A stretch of DNA of 64,000 nucleotides from an uncultured delta proteobacterium (GCA_963812015.1 CAWETI010000003.1:1280001-1344000); one strand, 5' to 3'; positions 50,551-59,812 are shown, counted from the first letter of the stretch. Numbers and translations are program-made. Notes: generated by a model from the sequence alone, not told the origin.

Positions 50551-51444
50551 TTAAGGCCCGGTGTTCTTTTTCTCCCCTTCCCCTGGCGGAAGGGGAAACG
50601 CATTATGCGCGCTTTTGGTCGGCGAATTCTCTGAAACCGCTCCGGGAATATCCCGCCCCGACTTCCCCCGGTGGCTCCGCTCCCCATGCAGGGCCGCGCC
50701 CAGGGCCCCCACCAGGTCCGGTTGCTCCGGGACGATGACGGGGAGGCCCAAATGCTCTTCCAGAAGGGCTTTTACGCAGGGGTTGTGGGCCACCCCGCCG
50801 GCAAACAGCACCGGCTCCACCACCCCTACCCGGCGCAGCATGGCCAGGGTCCGCTGTACGATGGCCAGATGCAGGCCGAGGGCGATATTGGCGGCCTTCT
50901 CCCCCCGGGCCATGAGGGAGGTGGCCTCGCTTTCGGCAAAAACGGTGCACATACTGTTGATTTGAATCCGCCGGTCCGCTTTGAGGGCGAAGTCGCCGAA
51001 TTCCTCCAGGGGCACCTGGAGGGCGGTGGCCATGAATTCCAGAAATTTGCCGGTGCCCGCGGCGCAGCGGTCGTTCATTTCAAATTTTACCACCTTGCCG
51101 CCTTCCCCCAGGGCGATGGCCTTGGTGTCCTGGCCCCCGATATCCAATACGGTGCGGGCCGCCGGGACGAGATAGTGCGCCCCCAGCGCATAGGCCTGAA
51201 TTTCGGTGATGGCCGTGACGTGGCGGTGTTTGAGGTTCTCCACCAGGAGCTTGCGGCCATAGCCGGTGGCCACGATGCGGGCCGGGGGCAGGCCCTCCAG
51301 CAGCCGGCGGCACTGGGCCAGGGGATCGAAGGTGGTGGGCAGCTTGGCCTGGCGCACCACCTGCCCGCCCTCCAGGAGCACCAGCTCGATGGAGCGGGAC
51401 CCGACGTCGAGGCCGACTACCCCGGGCTCCTCAGGAGATGACAT
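50551..51444 (-). CDS. ATP-dependent [4Fe-4S] activase/reductase (HgdC/DCCP-R family)
   Basis: GLDVGS, ATGYGR, DIGGQDTK, MNDRCAAGTG, CTVFAESE, GGVA. Confidence 0.93.
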   Translation of the reverse strand: MSSPEEPGVVGLDVGSRSIELVLLEGGQVVRQAKLPTTFDPLAQCRRLLEGLPPARIVATGYGRKLLVENLKHRHVTAITEIQAYALGAHYLVPAARTVLDIGGQDTKAIALGEGGKVVKFEMNDRCAAGTGKFLEFMATALQVPLEEFGDFALKADRRIQINSMCTVFAESEATSLMARGEKAANIALGLHLAIVQRTLAMLRRVGVVEPVLFAGGVAHNPCVKALLEEHLGLPVIVPEQPDLVGALGAALHGERSHRGKSGRDIPGAVSENSPTKSAHNAFPLPPGEGEKKNTGP

Positions 51445-51458
51445 GCTGGGGCATCCTC

Positions 51459-51683
51459 TTAATCAAATTCACGTTCTAATTCATTCCGAGCTTCGATCAA
51501 CAACTCATAAGCCCGTTGCAAGACCTTTATGCCCCGGGGCGAGGTGCTCCCGACCCTGGTGGAGGTATCCAGGGCCAGGAGAAAGAAGGCCAGATGCTCG
51601 GCGGTAAACGCCTTCTTGAGGTCATCCACTATCTGGAGGGACCGTCCGTCGAAGTACTGGTACAAGGGATAAATTTTCGCCAT
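51459..51683 (-). CDS. Small hypothetical helical protein
   Basis: 74 aa, ATG 7 nt after the upstream stop, fills the gap between reductase and activase. Confidence 0.6.
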   Translation of the reverse strand: MAKIYPLYQYFDGRSLQIVDDLKKAFTAEHLAFFLLALDTSTRVGSTSPRGIKVLQRAYELLIEARNELEREFD

Positions 51684-51690
51684 GGACCCC

Positions 51691-52965
51691 TCAATGCAAC
51701 ATCTCAATAAAGGCTTCCACCCGGGTCTTGAGCTGCTCCACGTCCTCCATGCTGTAGTCGGTTTCGATGCTGAGCATGGGGATGCCCGCGTCCTTCAGGG
51801 CCTTTTCCACCTTGAAGGCCTCGATGGCGTAAGGCTGACAGAACGACAGGCCGTAATGAATCACCCCGTCCGCCTTGAGATCCCGGGTCATCTCCACGAT
51901 ATGCTCCAGGCGCTCGGTATTGGGGGTGAAGCAGGCACAATCGATGCGCATATAGCGGTCGGCGATGGCGTCCAGCATGGCTTCCAGGGTTTCCCCGGAT
52001 TCATCCACCAGGTCCCGGGTGTTGCGGGCGCCGATGCACGATTCTTCCCCGACGATGATGGCGCCGGAAGATTCCACCACGAACGGCAGTTTCCAGTTGG
52101 GTATGGCCATGGGGCAGCCGGACAGCATGAGCCGGGGCGTGTCCGCCGGCGCCACGCCCTGGCCGGCCTTGATGCGCTGCTCCAGTTCGTCGCAGAGTTC
52201 CCCGATCTTAGCGGTAAACCGGACCGGGTCGTCATAGAAGCTGATCTGGTTGATGAGGAGCGCGTCCCGGCCCGAAATCGGGGTCGGCGCCACCGCCCGG
52301 AGACGGTTGACGCGCTGCAAGACGGCCCGCCGGGCATTCACCAGCTTGATGGCCTCCTTGAGCTTGGCGGCGCTAATGGTGTTGCCGGTGACCCGCTCGA
52401 TTTCGGCTTTAAACCTCAGAATCTCGGCCTTCCACAGGTCCAGGTCGCAGGCCTGCTTCATCTGGGGGATTTCCATGACGTAGACTGGGGCATAATCGGC
52501 AAAGATTTCGTAGGCCTTTTTCTTGCCGTCGCAGGTGGTCTCCCCCACCACCAGGTCGCAGGACTCGATGAAGGGGCAGAGACGGGAGAGCTTAAAGCCC
52601 ACAAAGGATTTAATTAGGGCGCAGGTGTTCCGGGGCAGAATCTTCTCCGCCGCCTCCTTGCCGATTTCGGCCCCGGCGCAGAGCCCCACACAGACGGCGT
52701 CCGCCGCCAGCACCAGTTCCTCCGGCACGAAGACGCAGAAGGTGCCGATCACTTTCTTGCCCTGGGCCTTGGCATCCTGCAATTCCTGGATGCGCAGGCC
52801 GTGGACCTCCGACAGGACAAAATCCAGATATTCCATGCCCTTGAGCCGGCCAGACTGGGTCAGATAGATGTCACCGTAAAATTTGCCCAGGACCTGAAGC
52901 AACCCTTCGTGGGCCCCGAGGTCCAGGTTGAGTTTTTCCCACATTTCGTCATAAGGATTCGGCAT
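51691..52965 (-). CDS. Double-cubane cluster-containing anaerobic reductase (2-hydroxyacyl-CoA dehydratase superfamily)
   Basis: MW..L.LDL..H..LL N-terminus, GTFCVFVPEE, GLC.G, LPRNTCALIK, CP, ETTCDGKKK, GCP, EESC, CACF, FC: the extended Cys set typical of DCCP. Confidence 0.85.
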   Translation of the reverse strand: MPNPYDEMWEKLNLDLGAHEGLLQVLGKFYGDIYLTQSGRLKGMEYLDFVLSEVHGLRIQELQDAKAQGKKVIGTFCVFVPEELVLAADAVCVGLCAGAEIGKEAAEKILPRNTCALIKSFVGFKLSRLCPFIESCDLVVGETTCDGKKKAYEIFADYAPVYVMEIPQMKQACDLDLWKAEILRFKAEIERVTGNTISAAKLKEAIKLVNARRAVLQRVNRLRAVAPTPISGRDALLINQISFYDDPVRFTAKIGELCDELEQRIKAGQGVAPADTPRLMLSGCPMAIPNWKLPFVVESSGAIIVGEESCIGARNTRDLVDESGETLEAMLDAIADRYMRIDCACFTPNTERLEHIVEMTRDLKADGVIHYGLSFCQPYAIEAFKVEKALKDAGIPMLSIETDYSMEDVEQLKTRVEAFIEMLH

Positions 52966-53130
52966 GGTGCTCTCCGTTCCATAAGTCCCAGAAGGTTGCG
53001 GACCCAGATCCCGACTTACTGCACGGCCGGGGTCCGGTCACGAGAAGCGAGGCAAAATTCTCCCCGCACCCCTGGAGGGGGATTGAGGGGAATTTGCCTG
53101 GTTGTTTTCGGCAAAGGCCTTAGGCGCGCC

Positions 53131-53559
53131 TCAAGCGGCCTTGACGATATTTCTGGCCGGGTTGGGTCCCAGCTTATAGGCCCGGTCGGTCATCTCCTGG
53201 CACACCGCGGCAAATTTCGGGCCTTCCGAGGCGGAGACATGGAACATCTCCAGCCGTTCCGGCTCTATACCCACTTCCGCCAGGATCTTTTTTGCCCTTG
53301 CCACCCGCTTGGCGGCGAACAGGTTGCCGCTCATATAATGGCAGTCGCCTTCGTGACAGCCGGAGACAAACACCATGTCGGCCCCCAACTCAAAGGCCTT
53401 GAGCAGGAATAAGATGTCCACCCGGCCGGTGCAGGGGACCATGATGATCCTGATGTTTGGCGGATACTGCAGTCGCATGGAGCCCGCCAGGTCGGCCCCG
53501 TTGTAAGAACACCACCGGCATAAGAAAGCCAGGACTTTCGGATTATACGAGGTTTGCAT
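53131..53559 (-). CDS. mvhD: Hydrogenase iron-sulfur subunit MvhD/FlpD (all-Cys form)
   Basis: FLC.WCSY.GADLAG, PCTGRVD, GAD.V.V.GCHEGDCHY..GN, ERL. Confidence 0.92.
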   Translation of the reverse strand: MQTSYNPKVLAFLCRWCSYNGADLAGSMRLQYPPNIRIIMVPCTGRVDILFLLKAFELGADMVFVSGCHEGDCHYMSGNLFAAKRVARAKKILAEVGIEPERLEMFHVSASEGPKFAAVCQEMTDRAYKLGPNPARNIVKAA

Positions 53560-53626
53560 AGTCGGTTTCCTTGTCCCGCCACCGCCTCGAACCGCCTGGG
53601 GTGGGGGCGCGTTTGGGATTAGTGGT

Positions 53627-54139
53627 TTATTGATCCCCTTTGGCCACCGGGTAGGCGGCCTCACCCCAGGCCTTGATGCCGCCGGGATACCGGTAGACGT
53701 TCTTATAGCCCAGCTTCACCGCCCACATGGCGCCGTTGTGGCTGCGGGTGCATTTGACGAAGCCGCAGTAGAACACCAGGGTTTTATCCTTGTCGGGTCC
53801 CAGGAATTTCTCGAATTTGGCCTTGGCGTCATCGTCCATCTCCTTTACTTCCGGAATGGGAAACTCATACTGCACCGCGCCGGGGATATGCTGCTTCACA
53901 TAACTGTCCTTCAGGGGCATGGTGTCGATGATCATCATGGGTTTCTTCTGGTCGATCCAGGCCTTCAGTTCCGGGGTGGTCACCGGTTTATAACCGCCCC
54001 GCGCCACTTCCCGGGATAAATTGACGGCAGAGGTTTCCGTATCCAACTCTTTGCCGGACCACGACTTGTCGCAGCCCACCAGGGCCAAGGCCACGATGAG
54101 AATGAGCCCACCCAGAAGGTACACGTGTTTTTTGGTCAT
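53627..54139 (-). CDS. Rhodanese-domain lipoprotein
   Basis: Lipobox LVGC, IDTMP...Y...HIPGA, YCGFVKCTRSH, GYKNVY.YPGGI.AW. Confidence 0.88.
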   Translation of the reverse strand: MTKKHVYLLGGLILIVALALVGCDKSWSGKELDTETSAVNLSREVARGGYKPVTTPELKAWIDQKKPMMIIDTMPLKDSYVKQHIPGAVQYEFPIPEVKEMDDDAKAKFEKFLGPDKDKTLVFYCGFVKCTRSHNGAMWAVKLGYKNVYRYPGGIKAWGEAAYPVAKGDQ

Positions 54140-54666
54140 TGTTTTGCCTCTCCTTTTAACCGTACTATTAGTTTCCTGACCCAGAGGCTTTGGGGTGATC
54201 GACCCCGCCGCCACCGGTACAGAAAAAGAGTTACCCCCATCATGATGAGGTCGCGCCATAAGGCGGTTTTGACGCTTTTTTGGGCGTCAAGTTCATCCCC
54301 GGTGAAACAGCCGCAGTCGATGTCCAGGTTTTGCCAGACCGCGAATCCCAGTATCACCAGGAATATGAGGAGTAAAATACCGATAACGGTGAGGCTGCCC
54401 CGGACTTCCAGGGTGAGCCCCAGGCCCGCCAGTAGTTCCAGGCTCGGCAGACCGATGGCCACCAGGGGCAGCAGGCCCTCGGGCACCAGGTCATACTGGG
54501 CGATGGCGTGGGCAAAGGTCCGGGGGTCCAGGAGTTTAACGAACCCTGCATAGATGAAGACCCCCGCCAGGGCCAGTCTCAGACCATGGTAAATCCAGGT
54601 GACGTAATCATCCCCGCCGCGGCCGGATTGGGGCCGGGACCGGCTGAGGGCGCCGGCCAGAGCCAT
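54136..54666 (-). CDS. MauE/DoxX-family redox-associated membrane protein
   Basis: LA.VFIYAG..KL.DP..FA..I..Y, LP.LEL..G, IDCGCF, RD; start uncertain (54666 or 54714); stop overlaps the rhodanese start. Confidence 0.85.
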   Translation of the reverse strand: MALAGALSRSRPQSGRGGDDYVTWIYHGLRLALAGVFIYAGFVKLLDPRTFAHAIAQYDLVPEGLLPLVAIGLPSLELLAGLGLTLEVRGSLTVIGILLLIFLVILGFAVWQNLDIDCGCFTGDELDAQKSVKTALWRDLIMMGVTLFLYRWRRGRSPQSLWVRKLIVRLKGEAKQ

Positions 54667-55068
54667 TTTCTGGCAGGTTTTGGGCTTGGCTTCGGTTCTC
54701 GACAAACGCATCACCCTGCATGGGGTTCAGACTATGATCAAACGGCGATGGACCAGGGCCGGACGAGGCCACCGGCCTGGTGGAGGCGGGTAAGGTCTAG
54801 GGGCGCTGCCTGGACCACACCCCGCGGTGGGGTCTGGCCGAGGCTGGCAACCGGGCGCGTGTGGGCGCGCCGGCGCCATTCACTGCTTTAAGAAGCTAGT
54901 GGCGTTTACGTCGGTAGGCCGAGAGACTGAAAAGACAAGTATGTAGGGTTAATGCAAGGGGGGGATTGATCCAGGGGTGCAGCGTGCGGAGGAGTCCCAG
55001 CGATCAGCCCATCCCTTGTCCGGCCTCCGAATCCAGAGCCTTACCAAGGCTCCCCGGACGCCGGCGCT

Positions 55069-55120
55069 TCAGGATTTCAGGGGTGTGAAAAAGAGCGGCC
55101 GATTCACTGGATCACCTCCT
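55069..55120 (-). other. Extended Shine-Dalgarno plus 12-codon uORF ending in UGA
   Basis: AGGAGGTGATCCA (55120-55108), then GTG at 55107: MNRPLFFTPLKS-UGA (55071-55069). Confidence 0.55.
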
Positions 55121-55141
55121 CGAAAAGAGTTACTGGGCAAG

Positions 55142-55170
55142 ATAATATAAGAGAACCTGCCATGAAGCAA
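55142..55170 (-). promoter_or_regulatory. Putative sigma70 promoter for the uORF leader
   Basis: TTGCTT (55170-55165), 17 nt spacer, TATTAT (55147-55142). Confidence 0.5.
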
Positions 55171-55402
55171 CAGATTTTTCCCACCGGAATCCGAAGGGGG
55201 CCGGCCAGGAGCAGCAAAGCCGCGAGGGCCGTAAGCTGAGAACCGCCTGGAGCCGCGCCAGGAGCAGGTTTCAGCCCCCGGGGCGCCCGGCTATCCGGCA
55301 GGCCGAGGAAAGGCGGAGCCTGAATAACCTCCTGCCGGTTTCCAATTTTCCGGACTTTACAGTACAATCCGGGGAAAATCTCAATCCTTCCTCCCGGAGG
55401 CC

Positions 55403-56773
55403 ATGATGGGTAATGCCATTAATCTCAATCACTTTTTGGCCGTGGGGCTCCAGGCCCAGAACTATGTCCTTACCCACATCCTGGTTTGGAGCATGCTGGC
55501 GCAGCTCATGGTGGCGGGCTGCATGTATGCTCTGGCTCGCCTGGCCGCCGAGGCGGTGCGGCCGTGGCTGCGTAAGCAACTGGCGCGGCGCCCCCTCATT
55601 GAACACACCTTGCCGCACCTGACCAAGCTGGTCGCCGGCAGATTACTCGGCCCCATCTTCACGGTCGTCTTCCTATGGTTCGCCCTGGCTACCGCAAGCC
55701 GCTTCCACTGGCCCCATCACGGCATCCGCATCGTCTTGAGCCTGTTCCTGGCCTGGGTGATCATTCGCCTGCTGACCTCCCAGATGAAAAACCGTACCCT
55801 GGCCAGGCTCATCAGCCTCATCATCTGGTCCATCGCCGCCCTGGATATCGTCCATCTGCTCATCCCCTTCCTCGACCTGCTCGACAGCATCGACCTGACC
55901 ATCGTTGGCGTGCCCCTGACGGCCCTCAGCATTATCAAGGGCGGCCTTATTTTAGTGGCGCTGTTCTGGCTGTCCAAGAAAATCTTGGGGTTCTTCGGGC
56001 ACTGGATTAAGACGGTGCAAAATGTCACCCCCTCGGTCCAGGTACTGTTGTATAAGCTGCTCAGCCTCACCCTCTTCACCCTGGTGATCATCGGGGTCCT
56101 CTATTATATGGGATTCAATCTCACGGCCTTCGCGGTTTTCAGCGGCGGCATCGGCCTGGGCATCGGTTTCGGTCTGCAGAAGGTTTTCGCCAATCTGATC
56201 AGCGGCCTCATCATCCTGGCCGACAAGTCCATCAAGCCCGGGGACGTCATTCAACTGGGAGATAGCTATGGCTGGATTAATTATCTCGGTGGCCGCTATA
56301 TTTCGGTGGTGACCCGGGATGCCACGGAGCATCTTATCCCCAATGAAGACCTGATTACCAACCAGGTGATCAATTGGTCCTACAGCAACAACCTGTTGCG
56401 GGTCAAGATTCCCATCGGTATCGGCTATGATTCCGACATCCCCCAGGCCATGGAACTTATGCTGGAGGCCGCGGGCGCGGTGCCTCGAGTCCTGACCGAC
56501 CCCGAGCCCGCCTGCCTGCTCATGGGTTTTGGCGACAACTCCGTCGATTTTCAACTGCGGGTGTGGATTCGGGATCCGCAAAACGGCCTCAGCAACATAA
56601 AAAGCCAGATCCTCCTGGGGGTGTGGGAACGATTTCACCAGCATGGCATCGACTTGCCCTTCCCCCAGCGGGTCTTGCACCACAAGTCCGTACCCGAGCT
56701 TACGGTCGCCATCCGGCCCCAGGACCACACCGCCGGCGGCGACCCCGGGAATGACCGATTGCAGCCGATCTGA
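55403..56773 (+). CDS. Small-conductance mechanosensitive channel (MscS/MscK family)
   Basis: GIGFGLQ.VFANLISG.IIL, IKPGD.I, IPN, NWS, GFGDNS. Confidence 0.92.
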   Translation: MMGNAINLNHFLAVGLQAQNYVLTHILVWSMLAQLMVAGCMYALARLAAEAVRPWLRKQLARRPLIEHTLPHLTKLVAGRLLGPIFTVVFLWFALATASRFHWPHHGIRIVLSLFLAWVIIRLLTSQMKNRTLARLISLIIWSIAALDIVHLLIPFLDLLDSIDLTIVGVPLTALSIIKGGLILVALFWLSKKILGFFGHWIKTVQNVTPSVQVLLYKLLSLTLFTLVIIGVLYYMGFNLTAFAVFSGGIGLGIGFGLQKVFANLISGLIILADKSIKPGDVIQLGDSYGWINYLGGRYISVVTRDATEHLIPNEDLITNQVINWSYSNNLLRVKIPIGIGYDSDIPQAMELMLEAAGAVPRVLTDPEPACLLMGFGDNSVDFQLRVWIRDPQNGLSNIKSQILLGVWERFHQHGIDLPFPQRVLHHKSVPELTVAIRPQDHTAGGDPGNDRLQPI

Positions 56774-56899
56774 CGGGCCGGTAAGAGTGTGAGCCTGTCA
56801 TGGGTTCATGGCAAACCAGCCCCCCCGGGTTGACAGACCTCTTCCGGTGGGATAAATGCTTAGCCAACGCTATACTCCAGACTGACAGGATTACCGTTC

Positions 56900-57880
56900 A
56901 TGGTGCTGATTATCCTCTGTGTGTTGGCCGGGTTGTGGCTGTTCCCCGGCGGGGTGGGCGCGGGCCCGGGCCTGCCCATGGGGGCGTCGCCCCCGGTCCC
57001 GGCCTCCGAGGTCGTGCGTTTTCCCTACTATGCCGCGCCGGCCCAGGCCTATCTCTGCGGCGAGCCGGTGCCCCTGGAGGAGCCCGAGGTCAAAGAGGCC
57101 CTGGACCGGGAGTTTGCCATCGAGGTCTGGAGCCGGGCCCAGACCACCATGTGGCTGAAACGGGCGCACCGCTATTTTCCGGAAATTGAACGGAAACTCC
57201 GGGCCCGGCGTCTCCCCCTGGACCTGAAATATGTGGTCCTGGCGGAAAGCGACCTGCGCGCCCAGGCCCGGTCGTCCGCCGGCGCCCTGGGCCCCTGGCA
57301 GTTCATGGCGCCCACGGCCCAGCATTTTCAACTGAGGTTAGACAAAGACGTGGACGAACGCCTGGAGTTCGGGGCTTCCACCGATGCGGCCCTGACGTAT
57401 CTGGACAAGCTGCACCAGATGTTTCAGAACTGGTCCCTGGCCCTGGCGGCATACAACGCCGGGGAAGGCCGGGTCCAAAAGGCCATCGCCGTGCAGGGGG
57501 TCAACAACTTCTACCACCTGAGCCTGCCGGAGGAGACCGAGCGCTATGTGCACCGCATCCTGGCGGCCAAAATCATCATGGAAGACCCCACCCGCTACGG
57601 CTTCGATATTCCCGAGGATCAGCTTTATCCGCCCCTTACTTATGACGAAGTGCAGCTCACCCTGGCTCAGGCGGTGCCGGTGAGAAGACTGGCCGAAGCC
57701 AGCGGCACCTATTATAAGGCCATCAAGACCCTCAACCCCTGGATCAAGGGTGATGCTCTGGCCCCGGGGGCCTTCCGCCTGAAAATTCCCAAAGGGTCCG
57801 CGCCCCGCTTCCAGGCGCTCATGCGCCAGGGGGAGCCGGCCGGCCCGGCCGCGCCCGGGGCCGGGACTAATAAGAAGTGA
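56900..57880 (+). CDS. Lytic transglycosylase (MltD-like SLT domain)
   Basis: LAES, S.AGA.G.WQFM, VDER, LAAYNAGE, LP.ET..YV. Confidence 0.9.
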   Translation: MVLIILCVLAGLWLFPGGVGAGPGLPMGASPPVPASEVVRFPYYAAPAQAYLCGEPVPLEEPEVKEALDREFAIEVWSRAQTTMWLKRAHRYFPEIERKLRARRLPLDLKYVVLAESDLRAQARSSAGALGPWQFMAPTAQHFQLRLDKDVDERLEFGASTDAALTYLDKLHQMFQNWSLALAAYNAGEGRVQKAIAVQGVNNFYHLSLPEETERYVHRILAAKIIMEDPTRYGFDIPEDQLYPPLTYDEVQLTLAQAVPVRRLAEASGTYYKAIKTLNPWIKGDALAPGAFRLKIPKGSAPRFQALMRQGEPAGPAAPGAGTNKK

Positions 57881-59259
57881 GGCCATGCATGAAGAAGGAG
57901 ATGACCAGTCCGGGGCCCGAGCCGGTTTCCTTGATCATCCAGGGCGCCTGGGTGTTGACCATGAATCCCGAAGACGAGGTGTTCTCCCCCGGGGCGGTGG
58001 CCATCAAGGACGCCGAGATTGTCGCGGTGGGGCCCCCCGGGGAGATCAGGCAACGCTACACCCCGGCCCAGGTGCTGGACTACCCCCAGGGCTTGATCCT
58101 CCCGGGCCTCATTAATGCCCATACCCATGCCGCCATGGCCCTGTTTCGCGGCCTGGCCGACGACCTGCCCCTGGAAGAATGGCTGAATAATTATATCTTC
58201 CCCGCCGAAAGCCGGGTCAACGGCGATTTTGTCTATTGGGGCACCAGGCTGGCGGTGGCCGAGATGCTGCTTTCCGGCACCACCACCTTCGCCGACATGT
58301 ATCTGTTTGCCGACCAGGTGGCTAAAGCCGCGGCCGAGACCGGCATCCGGGCGGTGGTGGGAGAGGTGCTCTACGACTTCCCCTCGCCCAACTACGGCCC
58401 CCCCGCCGCGGGCCTGAAGTTCAGCGAAGACCTGTGCCGCGCCTGGCGGGATCATCCCCTGATCCGGGTGGCCATCCAGCCGCATGCCGTCTACACCTGC
58501 TCCCCGGAGTTATTGCTGCAGTGCGGCGAGTTGGCGGAAAAGTATGACACCCGGCTCATTATCCATCTTGCCGAGACAGTTCGGGAGGTGAAGGACTGCC
58601 AGACCCGCTACGGCGCCACCCCGGTAGGGCACCTTTACCGCCTGGGACTCCTCAACCACCGGCTCTTGGCGGACCATGCGGTGGTGTTAAGCGGTGCGGA
58701 CCGCATGCTCCTGACGGCCAGCGGGGCCGGGGTGGCCCACTGCCCGGAGTCCAACATGAAGCTGGCTTCCGGGATCGCGCCGATAACGGACCTCTTGCGC
58801 CGGGGGATACCGGTGGGCCTGGGGACGGACGGCTGCGCCTCCAACAACAACCTGGATCTCATCCAGGAGATGGATACCGCCGCCAAGCTCCAGAAGGTGC
58901 ATACCATGGACCCCACCGTGCTGCCGGCGCCCACCGCCCTGGGCCTGGCCACCCGGGGCGGCGCCCGGGTTCTGGGTATGGCGGACCAGGTGGGGGCCCT
59001 GGCCCCGGGCCTGAAAGGGGACCTGATCGTGATTGACCTCGATCAGCCCCATCTGACCCCCCTCTATGACCCCTATTCCCACCTGGTATATGCCGCCACC
59101 GGCGCCGACGTTCAGACGGTCCTGGTCAATGGTCGCATCGTGGTCCAGGACCACCGCCTCCTCTCCTTCGACCTGGAAGAGACTTTGGTCCGGGCCCGGG
59201 AATTGGCCGGCGGGCTCTTGGCCAAGCAAGTCGGCAACCTGACCTCCCGTCCGGGATAA
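57877..59259 (+). CDS. mtaD: Amidohydrolase, 5'-methylthioadenosine/SAH deaminase-like
   Basis: PGLINAHTH, FRGLADDLPL..WL, DMY, PHAVYT, HLAET, HCPESNMKLASG, GTDG.ASNN.LD. Confidence 0.8.
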   Translation: MRPCMKKEMTSPGPEPVSLIIQGAWVLTMNPEDEVFSPGAVAIKDAEIVAVGPPGEIRQRYTPAQVLDYPQGLILPGLINAHTHAAMALFRGLADDLPLEEWLNNYIFPAESRVNGDFVYWGTRLAVAEMLLSGTTTFADMYLFADQVAKAAAETGIRAVVGEVLYDFPSPNYGPPAAGLKFSEDLCRAWRDHPLIRVAIQPHAVYTCSPELLLQCGELAEKYDTRLIIHLAETVREVKDCQTRYGATPVGHLYRLGLLNHRLLADHAVVLSGADRMLLTASGAGVAHCPESNMKLASGIAPITDLLRRGIPVGLGTDGCASNNNLDLIQEMDTAAKLQKVHTMDPTVLPAPTALGLATRGGARVLGMADQVGALAPGLKGDLIVIDLDQPHLTPLYDPYSHLVYAATGADVQTVLVNGRIVVQDHRLLSFDLEETLVRARELAGGLLAKQVGNLTSRPG

Positions 59260-59413
59260 GGCGCCTCGCCTCCGGTGCGGGCCGCTTCGACCTTGCCGGG
59301 ACCTGGCCCCACCTTCCCCTCTCGGACAGCTCACCCGCGCCCCGGCCCGCGGTTGCGCCTCGCCGTATCGTTGCGGGCATTTTTGAGAAAAAACGACATC
59401 GTGCCGATAAGTC

Positions 59414-59548
59414 TATAAGCTATTGCAAAAGCGGGTTATTGTGTCACCCTGAGCGTCAGCGAATGGTCTAGGTTATTGGAATGAATAGATTCTTCGCTTC
59501 GCTCAGCATGACCAACTGGCGCAAAAAGAGGTCTTGAAATAGGTTCTA
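59414..59548. mobile_element. Probable MITE with imperfect 15-bp terminal inverted repeats enclosing a GTCA..CTGAGCG..AGCGAA palindrome
   Basis: TATAAGCTATTGCAA (59414-59428) versus TTGAAATAGGTTCTA (59534-59548), 12/15 complementary; internal GTCACCCTGAGCGTCAGCGAA...TTCGCTTCGCTCAGCATGAC. Confidence 0.5.
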
Positions 59549-59812
59549 GCGTCAGGCGTGGTGGCAAGGGGTACAACCAAGGTGGCGTCAGGAGAGTTAT
59601 GGTTGGGTTTAGGGGGCGTGATGCATCCCGGCCTGGGGCCTACTGCCTCGCGCCCCTACCAGGCCCCATCAAAGAACTTTATTCCCGGCGACCCGGCATA
59701 ACTCCCATCCTCGCAGCCCGGCAAGACCTCCAGGGGCAAGCCGGGGGATAACTGCGGTTGAAGCGGCAGAGAGGCGCTCCCGGGAGGAGCCGTTGCCGCA
59801 GTGAGGTCGAAG

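Noticed and set aside
53131..54139. Selenocysteine in MvhD or rhodanese
   Set aside because: The relevant positions are Cys codons and the frames are uninterrupted
55107..55120. CTGGATCACCTCCT as a 16S rRNA 3' end
   Set aside because: No other rRNA sequence precedes it; better read as a minus-strand Shine-Dalgarno
56805..56860. c-di-GMP (GEMM) riboswitch suggested by GGCAAACC
   Set aside because: Lacks the GNRA loop and the GCAAA/receptor elements
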